Assembly: GCA_905331295.1 (NCBI GenBank)
Contig: CAJNYD010000025.1
Coordinates: 124,001-188,000 of the forward strand
Source of the DNA: Rotaria socialis
Lineage: Eukaryota
Direction of reading: 5' to 3'
DNA length: 64,000 nucleotides
A program made the translations under genes and the position numbers. The notes beneath the pieces were generated by a model. It worked only from the letters and a program-made list of their open reading frames with translations. It was not told the origin of the DNA and ran no database searches. Shown in pieces: positions 52,950 through 64,000 of the stretch; positions within the stretch are counted from its first letter, which is position 1, and every line of letters begins with the position of its first letter.

Positions 52950-55900
52950 TTTTTGGACTGTGCTGCGATTCGACCTATATTTCCTATAATTCCTATATTT
53001 TCAAAAAAGTCCTATTTTTGTCCTATATTTTTCTAAAAAGTCCTACTTTCCTATATTTTATCGAAAAAAGTAGAAAATTTCCGAAAACTTCTTCATTTGG
53101 CTATTGTCTTTAGTCGAAATAAAAACTTTTATTGTGAATAATCATGTGTTTTGGACGAATTCTTGTATTATAGTGACATTTGTTTTAAACAGTATGTTTC
53201 CTTTCGTCTATTTAGTGGGCTGACTGAGAAATTGTTTAATACTAAGTACAAATAGGGGTGCAACAGTGACAAACAGTCACCGGTATACCGTCACTGTTTC
53301 ACCATCACCGGTCGCACCGGTAACCATTAATGATTTCACCAGTGCTAGATTTTAGTTGATTCATTTGTACTCTTTGCCTTAATAGCAAGTAATTGATGTT
53401 TTAGGAACAAATTATATTCCTCAATACAATCAACGAAAATATCTCTGGTTAACAGTGGTGTCAATTCAAGCTGACTCTGTGCTAGAATCGATAGTCCAGA
53501 AAAGTTCAAATGATGAATAAAATCAACAATTTAGAATGTTTCATTTATACATCTCTTTGATAATCAGCTCAAGTAAGCAAAAAATGAAGGGAGACAGCCG
53601 ACATGACTAGTCAGAAATGTCCGCAGCTGCCATCAAGTCTAGTCTGAAACGTCTTGCATACTCGCCTTGTCTAGTCAGCTTAATGAGAAGTGTCTTACAA
53701 ACGCGTCTGTACTAGTCTGAAATGTCCTTGAGTCCAGTCATGTCTAGTCCATGTTGTCTGTTGACCCAGTCTAGGCTACTAAGAAGATTAAAAACAGAGG
53801 TTATACGGTGGATTTGAACATCTAGCCCGACAGTGTTCGAGATATGACGGACATCCTGACGGGAGACTAGGATACAGAGATAGACTGCCTTAAGTATATA
53901 TAGTCTAAACTTATATGTTGACTCCCATCCATGCATAGAAAATGAGAAACAAACCGACATANACCTAAAAGTCTGTGCTACTTCGTCTACAATGTATTTA
54001 TCTGTGATATATTGATTATTTATATTATCTCTTTTCAATTAGTTGTATTAAACCAAAATAAAAAAGAACCTTCTGAAAAAAAATAAAATCATCGTTACTT
54101 TTTTAAATATTTGTTGATAATACTAAGACGCATGGGATAATATAAGTAATATAATTTTATCAAAAGCATAGATGCGCAAGTACGGGTACAACTTGTACTG
54201 GGGAATTTACATAGAGACTGACGGCTCTGCTAGTGACACAGAGGATACACTTGTACTCGTAAGTACTTGGATGTATTCGGTTGTACTACCCCCTCTTCCC
54301 CCCAAAAGCCTAGAATTCTAGAATTCATGTACTCACATGTATTGGTATCCCATGGCGTAAATTTCTTCGAAAAAAACGCGTTAATGCTGGCCAGTTTAAC
54401 GCATTCCACATCTGCCAAAGCAAACGTTGCGAAACGATCATTTATTGACAGCGTTTTGTACTGTTTCCGAAACTGTGGCATCGTATATTTTGGATGAAAA
54501 AAATTGAAAACCATCAAGTACTTTATAGAACTTGAGTTGTATATACGATCCATGTACTCGTTTGCATTGATTCATAGAACTATAATTTACATAAACTTCG
54601 ATAAAGTTAAGAGATGGATTTGAACACGAGAACAAAATACTAAAAGACATGCACACAAACCGTTCAACTAAAATAGTCAAATGATATCTCTATTTACTGT
54701 CTCGTTATTCTGACTCTCGTATAAACTTGTTATTGAAATAGATTTTCGGTTTCTCATATCGATAAATTAAAAATTATCACTTCCTTGATACTTAAATCCA
54801 ATTATTGTTGTCATATTCCCCTTGATTTACTTTATTTTTATATTCTTTGAAATAAAAATTTGAGTACACCCTATAGTCAACTCGCCCTCGAAGAATCCCC
54901 AGGGAGTTCCTAGGGATTTCGTTTTTTTGCGGGGACTCACTGGGGGAAAATGGATGAAATATCTAATTACTAATAAATTCTTCTTAATTTTTGAAAATTT
55001 AAAAAATTTAAGTTTTTTTTTATTTTAAAAAATCTGATCAATTCTCCCCAGAGAAAACCCCATGGACTCACGACAGGGACTCGCCAGGGATTTCGTTATT
55101 TTGCGGGGAGTCGTCGGGGGAAAATGGATTAGGGACACCCCATTGAAACAAATTTAATCGGATCTAAATTGGATTTAATATTTTAGAAAAATTGAATGCA
55201 TCAAATATGAATTGAAAAGAATTAAACTTAAAAATGTTTGCGTTTTTTTTCTGATTTATTGAATTTTTGTGACTATGGATTCAGCATTCTTCAACTCAAT
55301 GACATTGATAAATGAAAGAAAGTTTCTTCTGTAATTCGAGTTTCTTCTGTAATTCGTGTTTCTTCTGTAATCAAAGCCCAGTTGCATCAATATCATACGA
55401 ACCAAAATCCTATTTTAGTCGCTTTATAGTTAGTATCATTAGTCAGTATCGGGTAATCTATTTATGATTTATAATAATTATTATTAAAATCTTAGATAAC
55501 ACGAAAATTCTTTTTTTCACACGCCAACAAAACAAAGCAACTTCATAAGTATTATCTTTGTATTAGCCGTTACTGAATATCCTCTAACTGTTCAATATTG
55601 AAAGCAGCTCTTCAATGAACGCTACGAAATGCATTTTATTTCGATGAAAGCCCAGCGAAATGATTTCTCTAAGGGAAAGCAAGTATTCTTGTTATACTCT
55701 GGTGCTCAGCAGTAGTCTAAGTTCGAAATTTGCTTTATAGAACGGCTTAAAATCATTAGGTTTTAGAAGACTGCGATTCTCATCTTGCATACAGAAGATT
55801 TGCATCACGCTGTTCGTGTTTTAAAACCATTCGGCTAGCAAACCTTCTATAAATCATTTCACATCGTTTCCAAAATAATGGAAAGGAATTAATTTTTGCT

Positions 55901-56676
55901 TAACTCACATGCATTGCATATGGAAATTGTTGTAACAGGATGGATGTATTTTGCATCATTTCTGATTGAAATGATGCAGAACGTGTTTGAAACAGAAACG
56001 CATTGCACATTTCCTTTAAATCGTGACTCTAAAACGCGTTGTCTGCATGGTGAAGTGCGTTTCACAGTGTTTCAATTCAAAAACGGTGCGAAACGCAATG
56101 TAGAAAAATCAACTTAGCAAAACGCATCCTGTTTCAATAAAATGCTGCGAAAGGCATTTTGTCTTGAAGAAACGCGTTACGTGACCCGTTTCCTTCAATT
56201 TTTTACGCCACGGGTAATCTTTGTTTCTATTGTACGATTTCCTATCTAATCACAAAAATATTTGATGAATGTGTCATCAACCAGAAAACTCAACATCATT
56301 TTGATATATATGTATGACTTGTCTGATTACAATTTTTAGCGGAAAATACTATTTTATGAAAGGGTACAATAATAACCCCTTCAATGCAAGGATCGAACAA
56401 TAAATCCTTCGCCGTAAAATAAGAAACCCTTCAATACAAGAGTATAATAATAAATCCTTCACCGTAGAATAATAAACCCTTCATCGTAGATTCACAAACC
56501 CTTCCCCTTAAATTCTGGTTCAATAAACCCTTTTAATTTTCAAATACCCTTAGTTTCATAAACGCTTCAGGCAATAAACGGTTTTAGAGTTTCGGACCAA
56601 AACATAAACCTTTAAGGGTTTATGAAACTTTTTTTTCAGTATTAGGGTTTAGTATTCTACGATTTTTTTTACAGTG
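52950..56676. mobile_element. Cluster of degenerate DNA-transposon ends and motif arrays
   Basis: TCCTATATTT arrays (52975-53060), TAGGGGTG end (53253), CTAGTC arrays (53600-53910), GGGGACTC repeats (54890-55140), 18-bp x3 tandem (55321-55371), AAACCCTT arrays ending in TTTTTTTTACAGTG (CACTG-type terminus) at 56676. Confidence 0.5.
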
Positions 56677-56829
56677 TAGTAGAGGGTTAGAGACACTACG
56701 ATCACGTTACTTGTTGAATAAGGCAATAAATCACGACTGAATTAGTTACTCTGTTGCATAACTATCTTCCGAAACAAACTTCCTACAAGTTCATCGTAGA
56801 CTGCTTTTGTCATTCACAGTGAAGTGCCA

Positions 56830-57119
56830 CCCAGGTCGAACAGCACGGTCCGTATACGGCCATTGGCGGTTACTTTACGACTATTTTACGGGCGAAATTT
56901 TGCCGTAATATCTGGCGCAGTAATACGGACCGTATTATCATGAGAGTACGGAGCACAAACAGCCGTAAACTATGAAAATTCAGTCCCGTTTACGGTGTCG
57001 TATTACTGCGCCAGGTATTACGGGTAAATACGGCCTATTTACTGCCGTAAAGATACCGTTTTGACATCGTTTACCGTCGACAAACAGACCATAAACGAGT
57101 CCGTTTTGATCAACCTGGG
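56830..57119. mobile_element. CCCAGGT-ended MITE, CA TSD
   Basis: ca|CCCAGGTCGA...TCAACCTGGG|ca; TTACGG/CCGTAA arrays. Confidence 0.85.
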
Positions 57120-57759
57120 CACTCTTATTCTTTCAGAAAAGGGTCAGCAAATCCGTAGAATGAGCGCTACTTGTTAGAATCTAAGGAGAATTATCAGAAT
57201 TTACTTTAATTAAGTAAACTCCAGTCTAATTTAATCCATGAAAAGTTAATTAGGTTTACAATAATTTGCAATCAGTGTCGAAAGATGGAACTTGGGCGAT
57301 CTTACTATATCATAGGATCCCTGGAATTCACCTCTCCTCTTCGCCCTCTCGCTAAATTTACGTACAACCGTTGGCTCTGCTTGTATGAACTTGGCGGGAT
57401 AGATAAGGGAATGGACGGGTTCCCGCCCCGCTCCGCCCCGTGAGGAATCATATTCAATCTCGTTTCGTCCTGCCATATGTGCAATTTTAAAGTTCCATCC
57501 AGCCCCGAGACGAGATTGGCGTCACATCCCGTGGAGCTCTGGTTGGCACCTTGAAAAGGGAAAGAGTAGTGAAAATATTCTAAACTTTCAGATAGTATTC
57601 TGGTGTAAGTAAAATATGGATAGAAGTAAACGATTTGATTTTAACGTTAAATGCGTCGCGTGTGATATCTCTCAGTAAAACAACATGGAAAACATACGGA
57701 GCCCCAATTGTGTACGACTGACGTAAAGTGGCTGATCATTTATTGTAGCATTTTGTGTT

Positions 57760-59230
57760 TCAGTCACTCGCGTGTGATAGTATGAACAGCTACACTAATG
57801 GAACACTTTCACTTGATATGATTAGCAGCATGCTGAAAACATTGCAAGCGTCTTTCAATTCTTGTTGCAAGTTGTTGATACATGCTTGCGATTTCGCTTT
57901 TGAATTTGCTTTTTCTCTGCTTTATTTACCAACTGTTCTATTTTCTCCATCAACGTTTGCATACCGTTCATGTCAACTACCTTGAATTGGCTTTTTTTTA
58001 CTGTTTTTGTTTCGATAGTGGTTGCTTGACAGTGTTTTTCGCTCCTAGTTTTTATTCATGCATTTTTTTCAACGGTTACTTTTTTCTTTAAAATTCTTTC
58101 TCTTATCGTACACTAAGCTTCATCGTTTGCGAAAGGGAAAGTCTTTTTTTTGCTTTTGCTGTTCCTAAAAGTAGATTTTCACGTAGAATTGCTCATTTCA
58201 AATGAACTAACTTCATATTGAGAAACTGGCTCAGTATCAGCTGCATGTGCTAAACTGACAGTAGGTTGTGAGTGGAACGGATGAAGCCTTAAATTAGCTT
58301 ATAAGCATTTTGAAGTCTTTCATACAACTTACGATGTTGAGTACACGCTTTGAACGAATACCCATTTGCTCAAGATTTTTATAGCGGAATAACAACAATA
58401 AATAGATAGATGGTCATATTTCTTCAGCCAAGGCTGCTGAAAATATTTGCGTAGTTTTCCACCCACAAAAATAACTGTTCAGCAGCTTGACTGTTAATAC
58501 CATCTAGCACAGTGGAAGGAAAAAGAGATTATATACTTAGTTGGATTTAAACAGTTTATTTTCATTTTTATATGAATTCATATGTGCTCTACACCACCGC
58601 CCCACATGCCCTTTAAAATGGGTTCGATCTACGCTAAATTTAGTTTCATACAATGATGTTGATGCAGTTGTACCTTCAAGATATTGACCATAGTGATTTC
58701 GAATAAATTCCACTAAGTGACATCCATCATCATAGACACAACATTTAAGAAAATTATAGTTAGATGCTAAAAATAAAAACATAACAAAGTTAGTAATATA
58801 TGGATGCTATTTCCTACATCTGACTTTCACTATTTATTAGATGCATATATTTTCTAGTAAAAGTAGTATTAAGGATGTACAAAACAGAAATACGATAGAT
58901 TACTATTTGTGTTGTCTTTTAGAAGTGTATCTGAATCGACACCTGAAAACATTCTTTTATCATAAATAGAATTATCTATATAATTATCTAATGAGTATAT
59001 TTTATTATTTACTCACCACGAATTGTAGAATATAATAAACTTATGATTTCAAGCAAAGTTTCTGATCGAAATATTTCTGAAAATGTGATGACAATTTTGC
59101 TGCACCAGCAAGTACACTAAATGATCTATTGCATCGTTTGATGTATGATTCAGATCTTTGCTTAATTATGCAACAGTTTGTTGCATCAATTCCGTGTTGC
59201 CGATATCTACCCGTTATAATTTTCTTCTTC
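57760..59230 (-). pseudogene. Decayed intron-containing KDZ (Kyakuja-Dileera-Zisupton)-type transposase
   Basis: SEIFRSETLLEI, CVYDDGCHL, FSVDRTHFKGHVGRWC, DGINSQAAEQLF.W resemble the KDZ YDxxC, HxxxH..C and E-Q-x-F/W motifs; splice sites at 59017, 58766 and 58503; frameshifts; Lys-rich tail. Confidence 0.6.
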
Positions 59231-62200
59231 ATTGAGGGTGTGGGTGTGGTGTATAGTAACAACTGGTCAAACGAGCACCCGCACCCGCACCCACACCCAC
59301 ATGGTAAATAACTGATTATGATGAGAGGTACACATTGCTGAGTATCGACTCAGTTGCACTAAACCAACTGAAATTCCTCTTGTGTTGATCATAATACCGA
59401 TGTTGCGGATGTTTTTAGATCACTCTAGATCTATGAAGCTACACTGAATTAGCTTTTTAGTGATGTTTGCGAACAACAATCGTGTGGCTTTATGCGATGG
59501 TGAATCGTAAGAATAAGAATGAAATACTGTTGATTGTGGAGTGGAGTTTGTTTTTTGTTTTTTTCGTCCTGAGCATGCTGAATCTATTTGTAACTGATTT
59601 TTCGACACTTCCATTTTTTTGCAGAATGACTCAAGATTTATTGCAAAAAGCTGTACCTACTGATCAGCCATTCAAATCAAAAATTACAATATAGTATAAG
59701 GAATCTCAAATAGTAGGAGTGAATCTGCTCTCTTATAAGATAAAACTCTGTGTCAACGTCTGTTCGCTATTGAAACTATCGAAAAATATTCTTACAGATA
59801 AACAAAATTAGGGTTTATATCGATAGTATCGACAATGACTAATGTATTGATTCAGTAGATGGTGAGTTTCTCACATCCGATCTTCTTTTGAAGACTATGA
59901 ATACAAATCTCTTGGTATTAAAACAGTAGCTGATAGATTTGAACGATAGCAAGATTAAGAGAATGTTTCAGCGGTTGTTTTTCAGATATGTAATTATGAC
60001 TTCAAAAAATGTTTGTGCTGACACAAGACTTTTATGCTACGTTTTCATAAGTAGTAAATAGATGTTCATAGAAGAAAAACTAGAACAAAAGTAATGCAGA
60101 CTAAAGAATGAAATGATTTAGCCTCCTAATTAAATCGATTTCATGATCAACTCACTCTGTATTCTAACTCATTTTGTTTCAGCTCCTATCATTCAAATTT
60201 GCCTGATACACTTCCTCGTTTATGTACAGAATCATTGCAGTATGTTCTTAACTCGCTCTTTGCGTTGTAGTAAAAACACAAATCCGCCAAACGTGACATT
60301 CTTTTCATTCAAGCTTTTTTCCATTACTACGAGAAAAGAATGGGTAAAGTTTATTTAACCTTGGACAAAGTAAATAAACTCTGATGTCTTGATAAAATCA
60401 TGCAAAACCATGCACAATTATTTTCCATTAGACAAGGCCAATCAATTCAAGTTTGAAATGATATTTCACTCTGTTTAGTATCAGTATGATTTGAAAATTT
60501 TCATTGACTTATAGTTCTAATGTGTGTGCTACGGTATAATTTGGGTACACAAAATTATGGATATCTTAAATTTGTAAAACAAAATTCAAATGCTCAATGA
60601 GACATAATTATTTCGAATTTCAGCATGGATTATCATCACAAATAGTTGAAAATAAATACTGAATTGTATAAAGACTATATTTGACATACACCAATATAGT
60701 CTCTATGAAATGATCGAGTTTGATCGCAATATGCATGTTTTCAATTAATATTTGTAATGCCTATGCGCACTCGAACGAGTTTAATCTGCAGCAACCAGAT
60801 CTGAATTTTGCGCTCATTTTAGTATTCTGCAACCTTTTCTATCGTGCATAATCAATGTTTCCTACAGTACACAAATAATTCGAAACAGAAAGACAGCTGA
60901 AATATATATATATCTTTTTAATCCTGTCGATGAGACATATTTCATAGAAGTTGCTGTAACGTAACAGTTGCCGCAATTAAACCCTTTCGTCAATTATGAA
61001 AAAGCAATGGTGACGTCGCCATGAAGAGACTAAATTATTATGAGAAAAATGAACTTAAATAAATATAAAACTGCAGCATTTAAAAGAAGACATCAAAAGA
61101 AAATAGTAATTTAATATTTTTTAATGACATGAATGTGGAGCTATTCGACTTGTATATCTAAACGAACATGAGGAAAAATAAATATAAGTTACAAAGAAGA
61201 ATATGCAATAATCTAATTTATCATATATCAAATGTTTTTCAAATCTATACTCCGACACGAATAAGTGATAAGTCCCCAATCGTATTCATTACGAAATATT
61301 ACTATTCGAATTTGATATTTAACGCAAAGATGAGATGTGAAGTCCTTTTTATTCATTATTTATATTTCAGGACTAACATTACCTATCCATTTCTTAGATA
61401 GCCTTGATGATAATCTTATGATCATTTACTTATCCTGGCTTCCAATACCTAAGGGGTACCACTCATATGCAATTTTTTTCCAGCAATTAATAGATTTAGT
61501 CAGCAGAAAATCTTCAAATCGAAATCTAGTCCTGTCGAAGTCTGATTTTGTGGACTCTAAAAGAATGCATGTATTACATGAAAAATAAAGAAACTTTTCA
61601 AAAATGCTTAACGATCAGCAACTAACAAAAATAATGAGTACATGCATATATGCTAGTTGTGATTTTTATCTGTGCGGTATGATAGAAGAAAGGCACAAGG
61701 AGAAAGTGGAATCATTCTCTTAAAACCATTTGGTTTTTACGATTAAGTTTTTAATTAATATTTATTCATTTTTAGTCTATAATTTATTCTATTGACTACT
61801 GAAATGATAGCGTACTAAAAAAGACGAAAGAGATATACAAAAAGATATGATATGAGCAGTAAATCAGCAGAATTATAATGTTAATCATTCATGCATCATA
61901 TTTTTGCAGACTGATCCAAAGCTCTGCTCTTTCTAATCGTTTTGTTCGAAAATTAAACGGTCAATATAGGGCGGCTAAGAAACTTGAGTAGAATGTTTGT
62001 CATTCAAGGCGATCATATTAATGGCAAATATCTGAATTGCGAAGAGCTTTTGATGTAAAAAATTTATATCATCTCATCCAAACTAAAGACTAGATGTTTT
62101 TAGGTAAACAGAATAAAAAGTATAGCTCAGAGCGTGGTACACTAATATTAGCAAAAAATTCAAAACTGATCAGAACATGAAAAATTCGCTGGTAATTACT

Positions 62201-63115
62201 ATCTATTTATTTAAATTCTGTATAGAAGACGGAAATACCAACCAAGCAGACAGACTTGGAAAAAACGCGTTTAGACGCTCAAAATACAAGTGTGAATGCC
62301 CTTCATTAACACTTATTTTATCGAAGCTGTATTATATCCTAGAAATAAGGCAATATTTCGACTTTCATGATCTGAAAACTTGAATATATGAGCGTTGGAG
62401 TAGACTTTTTAAAATGATTTCTTTAAATTAAAGTGTGCTTTGACGTTAAAAACTACAATTTTCAGACGTTTCAATGATTTGGAAATAGAGAAGTTGCCCT
62501 ATTTCTTGCGTTTTCTTTTAATCACCGTGAACAAAATTCACACACGGTTCTATGAGATTTATTTATGTGAAATTCATTTGATGAAAAAATATTTAAGCAA
62601 ATCTAAACTCTCACATTTTACTCAATTGTGGAACCCGTCGTTACTTCCTTTCGCTTCGAAAGTGTTCCAAACCGTTTCATAAATCGACGTATCATTTTTT
62701 TTTTCTATATTTATGATTATGAAAATATGCTTATAGAATATATCTTGTTGATTTCAACATTTCTATTCATAAAATCACCAACTCGAACATATTTTACCAG
62801 ACTATTCTTCGATGAAATGGTGATAAACATGTCTCATCTTGTTTTCCCCGCAAACTGCAATCAATCGAGGACATAATTGTAAGAAAAAAACTAATGATTC
62901 ATGTTAAATCTGAGTCGAAAATAGTCATCATCTTATCTGTTAATTATCAAACTGAATAATGTTCGATTTTAATAACAATGTTTTCAATTTAATTTATTTA
63001 CGTTTTCATCATATCCAAAAAAGAACAAAAAAAGAAAGTAACACAACGAGAAAAAAGTGTATAAGAACGATTGAAGATTAGATGAGATTATTTTACAGCG
63101 AAGAAACAAATATTT

Positions 63116-64000
63116 TTAAAAGAGACCTTTTTTTGCAGTCTTTCTAAAATAATTAAAAAAATAAATTTCTTTNATATTACATTGAAGTTGATTTATCAAG
63201 ACTTTAAATTAAAGCATTTGTCAATATTTGTTTCAACTAAAGTCATATTTCTGAATACGTTCTTCTTCTTGTTGAATATTTAATCGATATGTTTCTTGCG
63301 TTTTTAGGACCTAAATTTTCCATAAGAAAAATCATTTTTCACAAAGATAAAAAAACATTTTTTACATTTTGTTTGCTTTCTTCAAGTTTCTGTAATTTCT
63401 CGGTAACTTTCGATTGATAAACAGCTTCCATATCACGAGACATTTTTTCTAATCGTGTTTCTGTTTCTATTCGTTCATCTTCTAGTTGTGATAAAAAATT
63501 TCTTTGAAATAATAAGAAAAGAAAAAAATGCACCTAAATCAATCAAAAATATTTTCAAATTACTTATTAACTGAAGGTGTTTGTAATGTTTTTCCATTTT
63601 TTGTATCATTTCCATGAAATGCACTTAATTTTTTATATCGATAATTTTCATAATGAATATTATGTGTAACATCACGTAAATCATTTAAATTTGTTCTTAT
63701 TAACATACTTCGTAATGCAATAAAATCACTATGAACCTCGTCTTCGACTAGAAAAATTTTAAACATATCGATTTAATAAAAATAAAAATAATAAAAAGAA
63801 CTAAATCTACCATCAACAATTCCCCAAGCATATTGTCTAATTCGTGTACGTTTATTTCCTTTTTCTAAAATAAAATTGCTTCCAACAACAGCAAATGGAA
63901 CCTTATCTTTATAAATTTTTGTTAGTTTATTTTCATCATCATCATCATCACATTCAGGAAATTCATATAATTTCATTTTTTCATTTGTGATATCTTGCAT
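63116..64000 (-). CDS. Septin (SEPT7-like), 3' part; 5' end lies outside the window
   Basis: [47 protein letters not shown] septin motifs; coiled-coil tail; final exon KTAKKGLF*; short introns. An early in-frame stop at 63233-63235 is noted. Confidence 0.9.

Noticed and set aside
54230..54553. 107-aa ORF within the TE cluster as a possible transposase piece
   Set aside because: No DDE or other diagnostic motif recognised.

Overview
AT-rich eukaryotic (animal) genomic DNA with short GT-AG introns (about 50-100 nt), one assembly gap (8912-9856) and several single-N joins. The gene content (F-box/LRR-like genes, an ADP-ribosyltransferase-domain gene of a type expanded in bdelloids, foreign-looking metabolic genes) suggests a bdelloid rotifer; this is inference only. 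Apparently intact genes: two F-box proteins, two small hypothetical proteins, an intronless multi-pass membrane protein, a Ly6/three-finger GPI-type protein, tRNA-Pro(AGG), a mucin-stalk adhesion GPCR, and the 3' part of a septin-7-like gene. Much of the rest is decayed genes and non-autonomous DNA transposons (hAT-type, CCC-ended 2-bp-TSD MITEs, TTAA-flanked elements, a KDZ-type transposase remnant). The most striking feature is a decayed but full-length fungal-type (CrtYB/CarRA/Al-2-like) phytoene synthase domain, a carotenoid gene animals normally lack. It is joined in frame to the end of a decayed ADP-ribosyltransferase gene (15.4-17.9 kb). All family assignments come from motif recognition by eye; no searches were run.
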